Shown: positions 1 through 9,834, counted from the first letter of the stretch. The stretch: DNA of 60,969 nt from Candidatus Moraniibacteriota bacterium (GCA_041583775.1 JBFHFF010000008.1:1-60969); one strand, 5' to 3'. The notes: generated by a model not told the origin, from the letters alone. A program made the numbers and translations.

Positions 1-1655
1 TCTGATATTTTTCCATATGTGCCCTCCATCAACAAAGAAGTGAAGCCTTTGATAGAAGTTAGAGGTGTTCGTAATTGATGAGATGCGATTGATAGAAATT
101 CTGACTTTGCGCGATCTAGTTTGTGGAGTTTTTCGTAGGCACGAACAAGTTTTAGATTTGCTTCAACTAAATCATTATTTGAATTTTCAAATTCTTCCAC
201 CGCAGCTTTGATTTCAACTTTCAAGTGTCTATTGAAAAGCTTAATTTCATTATACAATTTTGCATTCTCAATTGAAATTGCGACTTGTGAAGCAATAATT
301 TCGATAATTTCAACATCATCCTTGGTGTATGGCTCTTGAGTTGCTTTAGAGCTGAGAAATAAAAACCCAACAGCTTTACGGCGGACTTCTAGTGGAACAA
401 TGATTTCAATATCATATTTTGAGATTTTTTTTACAACATCATTACTAACTTTTTTTTCATTAAGAAGCTCTTCTTTTGTTATTATATTTGATGATTTTAT
501 ATATGAACTGAGTATTTCTCCATCTTTAGATAAGACTCTTTCTTTGATAAAATTCACTCTACCCCTATTTTCATTCAAGAGAATTACATTCATCTGTTTT
601 TTTGATTGATAGGTATCCTTAATTGCAATATAAACATTTTCAGTGCCCAGAAGTTTTTTCAATTCTCCATTTAAAGTTGTAGTTAGTTGGCGCAAATCAA
701 TGACACCACCAATTTTAATACTCAAATCTTTGATTAATTGTCTTGGGTTTTGACCTTGAAAAAACAAAATATCACTAGACTTTTGGATATAAATCAAAAA
801 CGGCAAAAGTATCATAGCAAACACAGTCGTTGAGGATAAATCGAAAAAGGTCAATTGGAATAATGTTGCATCACCAGATAAAACAAGTATATGGACATAT
901 AGCATATACTGAAAATATATATAAACAAAAACTGCTATAATTAGATAGACATAAATTTTACTAAAAACAAACTTGATTCCCATCAAACCATGCTTGATAA
1001 TTGAGAAAAAAATTGATGCCGCCATAAAAAGCGAGAGTATCTGGCCCAACCAATTAAGCCTAAAATCACCCCACCAAACCATTAAAAGATTTGTAAACAT
1101 TGCAGTTGAATAAGTCAAAAAACATCCTACCAAAACATATGCCAACTGATGCCTAACCCTACCTTTTTCCCTTCTGTGCTTGCCATATAAATTAATAAGT
1201 CCTGCACTAGAAAAACCAATTTGATACAAAACATACAAAAAATAATACTTGCCCCAGATAATGATATTTTCTCCGCCAGAGACAACTTTTACATCAACTA
1301 TTATCAAATCCGGAAGCAAAACCAAAGCAACCATTAGAATGTTTAACAAAAAAATCACAGTTGTGTTCCAAGCGGGAAGCATAATGTCCTTAGGAAAGGA
1401 GTATGAAAAAAATAAAAACATACTTGCAATAAAAGTTGGTCCTAGATATAGAATCTTGCAATACAAAACAGCATTTTCTGGCGTAGAACTTCGATAAAAA
1501 ATCATACTCACAGTCCAGAAAATGATACTAAGGATGACCAACAAATAAAAATATGCATAAGCATTCTTACCTTTTCTTATTATAAGAAAAGCAAAAAGCA
1601 AGTAGACAAAAACTACTGAAATTAAGGCGATATTTATCAAGTCAAAAACAAACAT
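1..1655 (-). CDS. Sensor histidine kinase, 3' end cut by the window edge (N-terminal polytopic 7TM-type region, GAF domain, coiled coil, HisKA H-box)
   Basis: Absent from the ORF track because there is no stop in the window. Minus-strand translation from the ATG at 1655-1653 gives MFVFDLINIALISVVFVYLL..., then about 7 hydrophobic helices, then ...ASQVAISIENAKLYNEI (GAF end), then ...RAKSEFLSIASHQLRTPLTSIKGFTSLLMEGTYGKIS (canonical H-box) running off position 1. Confidence 0.85.
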   Translation of the reverse strand, partial: MFVFDLINIALISVVFVYLLFAFLIIRKGKNAYAYFYLLVILSIIFWTVSMIFYRSSTPENAVLYCKILYLGPTFIASMFLFFSYSFPKDIMLPAWNTTVIFLLNILMVALVLLPDLIIVDVKVVSGGENIIIWGKYYFLYVLYQIGFSSAGLINLYGKHRREKGRVRHQLAYVLVGCFLTYSTAMFTNLLMVWWGDFRLNWLGQILSLFMAASIFFSIIKHGLMGIKFVFSKIYVYLIIAVFVYIYFQYMLYVHILVLSGDATLFQLTFFDLSSTTVFAMILLPFLIYIQKSSDILFFQGQNPRQLIKDLSIKIGGVIDLRQLTTTLNGELKKLLGTENVYIAIKDTYQSKKQMNVILLNENRGRVNFIKERVLSKDGEILSSYIKSSNIITKEELLNEKKVSNDVVKKISKYDIEIIVPLEVRRKAVGFLFLSSKATQEPYTKDDVEIIEIIASQVAISIENAKLYNEIKLFNRHLKVEIKAAVEEFENSNNDLVEANLKLVRAYEKLHKLDRAKSEFLSIASHQLRTPLTSIKGFTSLLMEGTYGKIS

Positions 1656-1666
1656 TAAATTTCTGG

Positions 1667-2656
1667 TTAAATCAATTTTTTAATTAGAATATCATCCTCC
1701 TGACAAGATACAAACGAAGCACAACAAGGAACCCCTTGACGATAAGCGCCAGGAAGAGAAGGATAGACTCTCCCCTTCAAGCCAACAATGTGATAACAGC
1801 TAGCACCCCTTTGTTTTATTTTATTCAACTCATCTATCGAGGGTTCTGGATATACTTCATTTAGAATAATTGTTTTCGAATTAAAAAAATGAATATATTC
1901 ATTTAAGGCCCTTTTTTTCGTTATGTTTAGAAAAACAACAGTTTTGTCTCCGATACTTTTCAAAACCTCGGGAACTTTGTTGAAATTATCAATATCGATA
2001 GAAAAAATATCTCTCTTCAAACTGCTCTTGTTTTCTTGTTTTTCAAAAAAAGACAACAACCCTTTCCCAACAAAACCTTTTCCTCCTAGAACAATAAGAG
2101 GAAAATTGTTTGACAAACCTTCTTTTTTGCCCAAAGCTTCGACTGCTCTGAATACTGCAGTTATGGTTGGGTCATTTTCCCTCACCACTTTAGAAATTCC
2201 TTTTTTAGCTAAAATTCCTGGCAAAATTCCAGCGAAACTTTTCATTTCTGCGCCAAGAATTATGCGCATTTCTTCCAACTTTTTCACCAAAATTTTTAAA
2301 TTAGCAATATTACTATCATCTAAAAGTTCTTTTTCTTCTGCTGAAACAGAAAAAATTATTCCCACCTTTCCTTTTTGAACAAAAAAACCAATCATAAAAG
2401 GAGTCCATTTCATTTTTTTCCCAAACCAATCAAAAGTAAAATCTGTTACATATCTTCGCTTTGCTGGATACACCAGAAAAACACTTTTTATTTTATTGTT
2501 CAAAAAATGCTTATTTACAAAACCGATAAAACTAAAAAATAAACGATGATTAAATAAAAAATCGACTATCACGATTAAACTTCTTTTTATATTTTTTTGT
2601 AGATCCCTCTTGTTCATTTTTAGTATTTTATTTTTAAACCAATTCGTCTCCCCCAT
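1667..2656 (-). CDS. NAD(P)-binding Rossmann-fold oxidoreductase with COG5322 / acyl-ACP-reductase-like layout (function uncertain)
   Basis: 329-aa ORF with dinucleotide loop LIVLGGKGFVGKGL. The motif order (FAGILPGI, TITAVFRAVEA, GGKGFVG, ILNEVYPEP, C-terminal CCASF cysteine) parallels cyanobacterial acyl-ACP reductase as I remember it. No search run. Confidence 0.4.
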   Translation of the reverse strand: MGETNWFKNKILKMNKRDLQKNIKRSLIVIVDFLFNHRLFFSFIGFVNKHFLNNKIKSVFLVYPAKRRYVTDFTFDWFGKKMKWTPFMIGFFVQKGKVGIIFSVSAEEKELLDDSNIANLKILVKKLEEMRIILGAEMKSFAGILPGILAKKGISKVVRENDPTITAVFRAVEALGKKEGLSNNFPLIVLGGKGFVGKGLLSFFEKQENKSSLKRDIFSIDIDNFNKVPEVLKSIGDKTVVFLNITKKRALNEYIHFFNSKTIILNEVYPEPSIDELNKIKQRGASCYHIVGLKGRVYPSLPGAYRQGVPCCASFVSCQEDDILIKKLI

Positions 2657-2729
2657 TAATCATTCAAGTCAAAAAAATGTCTCGGGAAATAGAGTTTTTC
2701 ATTTTGCGCATCTTTTGTCTTTTTCTTTT

Positions 2730-3443
2730 TTAATTTCTCTTTTCTCCAAATCTCACTGATAAATGCTTTTCCAGATCATAAACATATGACATCACAGCCT
2801 TGTGCCTTGTGTCAGCAGGATATTTTTCAACAAAATATTCAGACTTAAAGATATCTCCAATAACAGCCCTGGCCTTACCCAACCTAACACCTGTTTTATT
2901 TTTATTTCTATTCTTATATTCCAAAAAAATTGGCAGAATATAGACATCTTTATTTTCTAGAAGACATGAAATTCCCTTTTTTGGCTCAGCCCCCTCATTA
3001 TGCATCACTCTTTTTGCCTCTGGAAAGAAAATTATATTATCACCCACATCTATAATATCAAAAGTGGTCTCCATACTCTTAAGCAAGTCTCCTTTTCTCT
3101 CAATTAAATACACTCCAATAAATTTAAAAAAGGCTCTATAATACCAAGTCTTAAATTGATTAGACGAAGCAGGAAGTCTCCACGCTAAATGATTAAAAAA
3201 GAATTCTTTTTTAATGATTGAAAAAATTAGAAATGGATCCCAAGCAGAAATATGATTTGCAATTACAACGAGCGGTCTATCAAGCTTTTCTCTGTGAGGC
3301 TTTACATGAAGAACATCTGTATCAAAAAAATGTCGCACCCACTTAAGGAAAACATAATAAAAAAAATGTTGATTTTTAGGAAGAAATATACTATGCGCAC
3401 CCTTTTTGCCCTTCATAATTCCCTCCGTCATAATAAAATCCAT
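2730..3443 (-). CDS. Lysophospholipid (1-acyl-sn-glycerol-3-phosphate type) acyltransferase, PlsC family
   Basis: HX4D motif in VVIANHISAWDPFLIF and second block IIFFPEAKRV. 237 aa. Confidence 0.8.
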   Translation of the reverse strand: MDFIMTEGIMKGKKGAHSIFLPKNQHFFYYVFLKWVRHFFDTDVLHVKPHREKLDRPLVVIANHISAWDPFLIFSIIKKEFFFNHLAWRLPASSNQFKTWYYRAFFKFIGVYLIERKGDLLKSMETTFDIIDVGDNIIFFPEAKRVMHNEGAEPKKGISCLLENKDVYILPIFLEYKNRNKNKTGVRLGKARAVIGDIFKSEYFVEKYPADTRHKAVMSYVYDLEKHLSVRFGEKRN

Positions 3444-3580
3444 ATTATCGAAATCGTTTTTTTATAAATACATTATAGCAGAAAAAACATTAATTGCTAA
3501 ATTACACTTTGGTAATTTTTATAAATACAAAAACCTCGCAATCAACGAGGTTTTTGTATTATACGATATAAAGTCACTAG

Positions 3581-4993
3581 CTATTCTTGCAAACTTTTCT
3601 TTAGGTACTCTACTAATTCCAAAACAGCTATTCTGGTTTGTTTCATTGTGTCACGATCACGCACAGTAACCTTTCCATCTTCAAGAGAGTCAAAGTCAAC
3701 TGTCACGCAATATGGTGTTCCAATTTCGTCTTGGCGACGATATCTCTTCCCCACATTACCGTTATCATCAAACTCGCACATAAATTGCGTTTTGAGTTCA
3801 TCATATATCTCACGCGCCTTTGCAACAAGTTCCGGTTTGTTTTTTAAAAGAGGAAAAATTGCTACTTTTATCGGCGCAAGTTTCTTTGGCAACTTAAGCA
3901 CTGTACGCTCATTACCATCACCCAAATCTTCTTCTACATATGAATCAGTCAATACAGCAAAAAAAGTTCTGTCTACGCCCACAGAAGTTTCAACAACATG
4001 TGGCACAAAAACTTCTCCAGTAACGGGGTTGCGATATTCCAATTTTTGTCCAGAAAATTTTGCATGCTGTGTTAAATCATAATCACCTCTTGCATGAACA
4101 CCTTCAAGCTCTTTAAAACCAAATGGAAATTTATACTCAATATCCCAAGCAGCTTTTGCGTAGAAAACCAAATTCTCATGTTGATGCCATTTTAAATTCT
4201 CCTCTTTTAAGCCTAAATCTATATAATATTGCCATCTTCGCTCTCGCCAATCTTCATATGTCTTCATTGCGTCATCTGGATGGACAAACATTTGCATTTC
4301 CATCTGCTCAAATTCACGCTTTCTGAAAATAAACTGTCTTGCAGTAATTTCGTTTCGAAAAGCCTTACCAATTTGTGCTATTCCAAAGGGAACTTTCACT
4401 CGAGTCGAATCAAGTACATTTTTATAGTTTACATAAATTCCCTGACAAGTTTCGCCTCGCAAATAAGTTGGTTCTTTCTCCCAATTACCTGTAAAATTTC
4501 CCAGATTAGACTGCACAAGTAGATTAAAATTCTTTGCTGGAGCAAAGTCGTTACTTCCACATTTAGGACATCGCAATTTTTCTTTTGCATCAACCAAAAG
4601 AATGTTGATCTCTTCTTCTGACATTTTTTCGTCAGCAAATACTCCAGCTTCCTCCAAAAGATGATCCACTCTCACGCGTGCATGACACTTTTTGCACTCT
4701 GAGAGTGGGTCACTAAAGCCACCTACATGTCCAGACGCCTCCCAAATTCTAGGATGCATAAAAATACTGCTATCAAGTCCTACTATATTTTCATTTTCTT
4801 GCACCATTGCCTTCCACCAAGCTTCACGAATATTTTTTGCGAGTTCCGCACCATAAGGACCAAAATCATAAACAGCCGAAAAACCACCATAAATCTCACT
4901 TGAAGCAAACACAAAACCTCGCCTTTTAGCAAAGCTTGTGATTTTCTCCATTGTTACATTTGTTGCAACTTCCTTCTTCTCCTCTTCTGACAT
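3581..4993 (-). CDS. glyQS: Glycine--tRNA ligase, dimeric class II type
   Basis: 470 aa. N-terminus ...KRRGFVFASSEIYGGFSAVYDFGPYGAELAKNIREAWW and the rest are typical GlyQS. Preceded by a T-box leader. Confidence 0.95.
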   Translation of the reverse strand: MSEEEKKEVATNVTMEKITSFAKRRGFVFASSEIYGGFSAVYDFGPYGAELAKNIREAWWKAMVQENENIVGLDSSIFMHPRIWEASGHVGGFSDPLSECKKCHARVRVDHLLEEAGVFADEKMSEEEINILLVDAKEKLRCPKCGSNDFAPAKNFNLLVQSNLGNFTGNWEKEPTYLRGETCQGIYVNYKNVLDSTRVKVPFGIAQIGKAFRNEITARQFIFRKREFEQMEMQMFVHPDDAMKTYEDWRERRWQYYIDLGLKEENLKWHQHENLVFYAKAAWDIEYKFPFGFKELEGVHARGDYDLTQHAKFSGQKLEYRNPVTGEVFVPHVVETSVGVDRTFFAVLTDSYVEEDLGDGNERTVLKLPKKLAPIKVAIFPLLKNKPELVAKAREIYDELKTQFMCEFDDNGNVGKRYRRQDEIGTPYCVTVDFDSLEDGKVTVRDRDTMKQTRIAVLELVEYLKKSLQE

Positions 4994-5027
4994 AATCTTA
5001 TTTTAAAATTATTAAAAAAACTTCTTT

Positions 5028-5238
5028 AAAAAAATAAAAAACTCGTCCCAACAATTCCATTTAAAAAAATGAAATTATCAGGACGAGTCATTAAAACATC
5101 ATTGCTCAATTGAGCTATAGATCTTGATACCCGCGGTTCCACCTGTTTTTTTCGCTCAAAAATACTCTTGTGCGAAACTGCTCTTTTATTGCTTTTCAAC
5201 TCCAGGGATCCAATCCCCCTTCAATGTTGAAGTGAACT
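5028..5238 (-). promoter_or_regulatory. T-box leader (tRNA-sensing transcription attenuator) of glyQS
   Basis: The minus-strand leader has the T-box core AACAGGUGGAACCGCGGG (rc of ~5130-5147) and a stem III-like hairpin UUUCGC-N16-GCGAAA. It ends in an intrinsic terminator ACUCGUCC-N32-GGACGAGU plus a U-run (5028-5088), ~35 nt before the ATG. The UGGA bulge sequence fits a U73 discriminator, as in tRNA-Gly. Confidence 0.65.
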
Positions 5239-5244
5239 GAATAA

Positions 5245-5273
5245 ATAATATAACATTAAAATATTTATGTCAA
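5245..5273 (-). promoter_or_regulatory. Sigma-70-type promoter for the glyQS leader
   Basis: Minus strand reads TTGACA (rc of 5268-5273), a 17-nt spacer, then TATTAT (rc of 5245-5250). Confidence 0.5.
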
Positions 5274-5348
5274 ATCGCTGAATTGGCACTCTATCTTTAA
5301 CAGTGATATAATTATTAAATCAATCATTCTAATCTAAAATTTATATTT

Positions 5349-6464
5349 ATGGCCTTTTTTCCGTTTACTTGCAGGATAGCTTTTACACTTTTTCCAATTG
5401 CAATAATATCAATACCTTTTTTAAGAAAAATCTATTTCCTTGAAGATAAGCTCCTTGCAATAAAAGGAAAGCCCCCAGTTTCATCTGCTCAAAAAAGGGA
5501 TTTGTTTTTTGATGTAATAAAAGGCATATCAATTCTGGCAGTTATATTGATTCACACTCAATATCTTTATATGCATAACTTCTCAGAAAACCTCTCTGAA
5601 AAAGAAAGTTTTCTTTTCATCTTCATAAGTAATCTAGGAAGATTTACAATACCAATCTTTCTGGTGTCATCGGGGGCACTTTTGAGTTATGGAAAAAATG
5701 AAACATTTTTAAACTTTTTTCGCAAAAGAACTTTGAAAATAATAATTCCATTCCTGGCTGTATCTGCATTGCTTCTAATTATTCAAAAAGTACCCCTCTC
5801 TGATTGGTTTTTTAAGATTATTACTGGCGAAGTTTCTTTGCCATTCTATTTCGCCATTGTCTTGATTCAGTTATATCTTTTGTATCCTTTTATCTTGAAA
5901 ATGATGCGCTATAAATGGTTTCTTTATGCCTCCTTTCTCTTTTCTTTTCTGACCTATGCAACAGTTTTCTTATTTAACCTCGACATCTTTGGTATGGGAA
6001 GTTTTGCACCTTGTTTTTTCGGCAGATTTCTCTTTTTCTTTGTTTTTGGAATATATGCAAAAGAATATTATCTAAGCAATTCTCAAAAATTCTCTGTTGG
6101 GGAGATAATATTTTGGTCCTTAATGGTTTTTATTTTCATTATGGAAGCTCTTCTACTACAAGAAGTTTTATATAACGCCAGATTCCTCTATGGATTGGGA
6201 GTGTTAAATCTATTTTTTATGCTAAAAAATAAACTCTTTGGCAAAATAAACCCCCTAACAAAAATTCTTTCTAGATTTGGAAAATTAAGCCTTTGGATCT
6301 TCCTGTTACACTTTCAATTAGAAGAATTTATTTTAAATATAATCGTCAATTTCTCAAATAATGTCTATTTAAACTTTTTATTTGTATTTTTTGTAACAAC
6401 TATTGCAACCTTTGTTTTGGCCAGTATTTGTGACTTCTTTTATAAAAAAATAACTCAAGAATAA
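5349..6464 (+). CDS. Membrane O-acyltransferase, acyltransferase-3 (OatA-like) family
   Basis: 371 aa with ~10 predicted TM helices. The N-terminal block DVIKGISILAVILIHT is typical of the acyltransferase-3 family. Confidence 0.7.
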   Translation: MAFFPFTCRIAFTLFPIAIISIPFLRKIYFLEDKLLAIKGKPPVSSAQKRDLFFDVIKGISILAVILIHTQYLYMHNFSENLSEKESFLFIFISNLGRFTIPIFLVSSGALLSYGKNETFLNFFRKRTLKIIIPFLAVSALLLIIQKVPLSDWFFKIITGEVSLPFYFAIVLIQLYLLYPFILKMMRYKWFLYASFLFSFLTYATVFLFNLDIFGMGSFAPCFFGRFLFFFVFGIYAKEYYLSNSQKFSVGEIIFWSLMVFIFIMEALLLQEVLYNARFLYGLGVLNLFFMLKNKLFGKINPLTKILSRFGKLSLWIFLLHFQLEEFILNIIVNFSNNVYLNFLFVFFVTTIATFVLASICDFFYKKITQE

Positions 6465-6490
6465 CTCTTAGCTTAATTTATGCAACCAAT

Positions 6491-6525
6491 AAAAATAGAC
6501 CTTCATTAATGAAGGTCTATTTTTT
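6491..6525. terminator. Bidirectional intrinsic terminator between convergent genes
   Basis: Perfect palindrome AAAAATAGACCTTCAT-TA-ATGAAGGTCTATTTTT flanked by A- and T-runs. Confidence 0.75.
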
Positions 6526-6544
6526 CACTTTTATCCAACAGTCT

Positions 6545-9500
6545 TTACTTCTGAAAAACGGTTCCAAAGAATAAATCTGTAGTAAGTTTTGTTTTTATTT
6601 CCAATGCATTCTCTTTTCCTTCAATGCCTTGAGGATATGTCCAAATTGGATTGATTCCAGCCTCATATTCAACCTTCGAAGAAAATTCTGAACCAAAAGA
6701 TCCTGCTTGTTTTTGGACTAGAAGAGAGTAAGTATCAGCCGCTTCCTCATTTTTAGTCATATCCAATTTAAAAGGTAATTCATAGGAATATTCTATTTCT
6801 ACTGTTTCTTTTGGAGAAACATACACCCAATTTGCAAAAACTGTTTTACCCTCTTCTTCATAGATTCTTGTCCCAGTTTCTTCATCAATTTCAATGCCCT
6901 CCTCCTCACTGACAACATCCGCATCTCTTTTGAAGCCAAGTTTTTCATAATCAAGTATAGGCTCGTTAATCTCCCTTGTTTGACCCTTAACACTCAAAAA
7001 CTTACTTCCTTTAGGAACATACACACGCATATAATCACAGTTAACTTTATTCCACCATTCATAATCTGTGTCACCACCATTATGAACTCGCTTGATCTTT
7101 ACAGTGTCAACAATTGTTCCATCTTCAGCAATCTTAGCATTATGAGTTATCGTTTCATCAACAACCCCATCAGTTTTAAACCCATTGATATTGGAGTTTA
7201 TAACCATCAAATAGTCTTTCTCTGTTTGCAAAATTTCACCTGACCAACCTCTTTTAGAAATAGCTGCCTGAACCTCTTTGTTGGAAGAATTAATCATTAT
7301 ATTTCGCTCTTTTAACATATCTGAAAATATTTCTAAGATCTTAGAAGCATCCTCCGGGCCCCTCGCATCAAACAATTCTGTGATAATTTTTGGAGCTAAA
7401 TCAGCCAAAAATTGTTTTGGTTTATTCTCTGTTTTATCATAATCAACCTCAACTTCATATTGAGTTGCTTCAACAAAATTTTCCTCATTAACCGTTGTGT
7501 CATATTCCTCCATTTCAATTGGTCCTGTAATAGCCAACATTCTTTGCAAGACTGTTGGAGTGATGGTAATGATTCCATCAACCGTTGGTCCTCCTGTGTA
7601 TTCATAGAACATAGCAATTTTTTCAGCTGTTTTTGGAAAATGAGGAAACCAGTTTGCGTCATGCGTTGACCAACCAGCGGAAATCTTCTGAATTGGTAAT
7701 GGAGGAACAACATTATACCTCAATTGACCATCGGGATTGTAAATTCCTTCAATTAAAAATTTCTTGATTTTGCCATTAGAAATATGCATCACGCCATAAC
7801 TTCCAATAAAACCTCCTGTCGCTCTCATTTCTTGATTGTTTTGAAAAAGCAAAAGATATTTTCTTGGACCATTGTGACCCAAGAGTTCAAGAAAAATTTC
7901 TGAATTTTGCTCAAAAACATCAATCATTGACAAAATCATCGGTAAAGTTTCTTGGATTTTCTGAAATTTAGTTTGGTACTCTTGTGGTAAATCTGAGGTT
8001 TTTACCAAAGCAAGACTTTTTTCTGCCTGCACCAATGATTCATCCGCAATCTTCAATTTCTCCTGCATAACTAAAAGCGCTTCTAACATTGACTTTTGTG
8101 GTTCTTCGGCTTCACCTTCTTCGGAAACAAAGGGGTTCTCCAATTCAGAAAGCACCTCAATTACTCCTGACAACTCTTTAGCAGCTTTCGTCAATTCATT
8201 CCCAGCATCAACAACATTCTTTCCGCTACTGATTTTCGATAAGATAGGAAATGTGGAAAAAATATCCAACATATCACCGCCAATTAGATCCAGCTCTTTT
8301 TGTGCATCTTCAAATTCTTTCACTGCACTGGCGAAACTTGTTTTTGCGGATAGAAAATCCTGACCTTGAAGTTGATTTTTTGCATCATCAAGATATCCCA
8401 ATGCTTGCTCTCCCCTCACTTTAACATTTTCTTGAATCTGAAAGCCATATGAAATAAAAACAATTGAACCAATTGCTAGAAAAGCCAAAAAAGAAACTGC
8501 CATAAAAGATAACATCGGTTTCGCAACAAATGCAGGCCAATGGAAAGCTTCACCTTTTTTTCGATAATTCAAAGAAAAAAATTTTCTCTTTTTTTTTGCT
8601 TTCACCTTAGGTTTTGCAATTCGCCCTGTGAATTTGATTTCTTTTTTGTTTGTTTTTAACTTTTCTTGCTCTTTACATTCAAAATTTTCTTCTGATTTTT
8701 CTTTAATAAAAGACTTTTCTGTACCTTCGGGACTAGATTTTGTTGGCTCCACAACGCCACAGTCAAACCAAGCATTGAGTTTATTGTCAATTGCCGATTC
8801 GTCAAATTTAGTATTTTTTCGCACAATTTGTTCAAAATCTTCGACTTCCCCTGTTTCCGTTTCAGATTCTCTCTCCAAAATATCAATTTTCTTCTCCTGC
8901 TCTGCAACTATATTTTCTTGCTCCTGATTGATTGTTTCTGGTTCCTTGCCTATCTTTTTTGTTTCTTGAATTTCATTAGCTCCGTTTTCTTGTTCATCAA
9001 TATAAGGGTCCTGCACTTCCAATAATTCTCTGGTTAAAATACGCCCCTTGTCAACTTCCTTCCTAAATGCATCACTTTCAGTAAACTCTTCTATTGCAGC
9101 AATCTTCTTTGACTGAGTAACGGATCTTTCATCCTCAACGACAAGTTCCTCCAAATCTGGCATTTCTATTTTAATAAAATGCATTTCAAGTGCTTCATCG
9201 GGAGAAAGCAATTGATTAGCATGAATAACAGAATATCCACTCACTTCATATTCTTCTTCTGGTATAGCTTCCCTATCCTCTTCTCTTGATTGTATTTTCT
9301 CTGCTTCTGCTTTTTCTTGTTTTTGGATTTCTTGCTCTTGTTCTTGAGTTTGTCCTTCCTGTATCTCTTTTAGTTTTTCGTCTTCTCGTTCCTTTTCTGA
9401 TTCGCTTGAATCAGCAATTTCAGTTTCTATTTTCTTTTCCTCGAAAGTTTTTCTAAATTTTTCCAAAACTGCTTCTGGTGTTTCATATTCTTCAACAGCC

Positions 9501-9817
9501 TCCCCTGATCCATCAACTCTCTCAAACCCAGGATGCTCGTTTTTTTCAACGCTAGCGTTTCTGAATATTTCTTGTTTTTTGAAATTTACGGAAGCATTAT
9601 TAGTTCCAATATCAAAAATAAGTTTTTCTTTTAGGGTTTTTTCACGATGACTCTCAAAGCGTGCTAACATCTGAGCTGCCTTCTCCTCTCTTTTTGTGTT
9701 TTTAAGTTTAACCAAAACCTCCCTTTTTGCAATTCTTTCAACATCAAGATCACCTCTCTTGTCGACAGGTTTAATATCATAAGTTTTGCTAGTTCTATGG
9801 TCTAGAGCTTTAGGCAT
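6545..9817 (-). CDS. DUF4012 domain protein with a long acidic N-terminal region and a single TM
   Basis: 1090 aa. LLGHNGPRKYLLLFQNNQEMRATGGFIGSYGVMHISNGKI matches the DUF4012 signature. TM is MLSFMAVSFLAFLAIGSIVFISY near aa 430. The preceding ~420 aa are E/K/Q-rich. Confidence 0.85.
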   Translation of the reverse strand: MPKALDHRTSKTYDIKPVDKRGDLDVERIAKREVLVKLKNTKREEKAAQMLARFESHREKTLKEKLIFDIGTNNASVNFKKQEIFRNASVEKNEHPGFERVDGSGEAVEEYETPEAVLEKFRKTFEEKKIETEIADSSESEKEREDEKLKEIQEGQTQEQEQEIQKQEKAEAEKIQSREEDREAIPEEEYEVSGYSVIHANQLLSPDEALEMHFIKIEMPDLEELVVEDERSVTQSKKIAAIEEFTESDAFRKEVDKGRILTRELLEVQDPYIDEQENGANEIQETKKIGKEPETINQEQENIVAEQEKKIDILERESETETGEVEDFEQIVRKNTKFDESAIDNKLNAWFDCGVVEPTKSSPEGTEKSFIKEKSEENFECKEQEKLKTNKKEIKFTGRIAKPKVKAKKKRKFFSLNYRKKGEAFHWPAFVAKPMLSFMAVSFLAFLAIGSIVFISYGFQIQENVKVRGEQALGYLDDAKNQLQGQDFLSAKTSFASAVKEFEDAQKELDLIGGDMLDIFSTFPILSKISSGKNVVDAGNELTKAAKELSGVIEVLSELENPFVSEEGEAEEPQKSMLEALLVMQEKLKIADESLVQAEKSLALVKTSDLPQEYQTKFQKIQETLPMILSMIDVFEQNSEIFLELLGHNGPRKYLLLFQNNQEMRATGGFIGSYGVMHISNGKIKKFLIEGIYNPDGQLRYNVVPPLPIQKISAGWSTHDANWFPHFPKTAEKIAMFYEYTGGPTVDGIITITPTVLQRMLAITGPIEMEEYDTTVNEENFVEATQYEVEVDYDKTENKPKQFLADLAPKIITELFDARGPEDASKILEIFSDMLKERNIMINSSNKEVQAAISKRGWSGEILQTEKDYLMVINSNINGFKTDGVVDETITHNAKIAEDGTIVDTVKIKRVHNGGDTDYEWWNKVNCDYMRVYVPKGSKFLSVKGQTREINEPILDYEKLGFKRDADVVSEEEGIEIDEETGTRIYEEEGKTVFANWVYVSPKETVEIEYSYELPFKLDMTKNEEAADTYSLLVQKQAGSFGSEFSSKVEYEAGINPIWTYPQGIEGKENALEIKTKLTTDLFFGTVFQK

Positions 9818-9834
9818 TTTTATTTTAAATTTTT

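Noticed and set aside
1923-2378. Long antisense ORFs opposite well-supported genes. Examples: 1923-2378, 3648-4082, 25367-25831, 30698-31084, 40084-40452, 41534-41791, 48385-48783, 50065-50565, 59300-59722.
   Set aside because: They mirror strongly supported genes (GlyRS, ATP synthase, DnaK and others) and have low-complexity S/F/I/K-rich translations. They have no RBS or promoter signals. They are typical shadow ORFs of A+T-rich DNA.
5190-5215. GGGGGATTGGATCCC (minus strand) looked like a tRNA T-arm.
   Set aside because: There is no acceptor stem, D-arm or anticodon arm around it. It fits better as the apical hairpin of the T-box Stem I.
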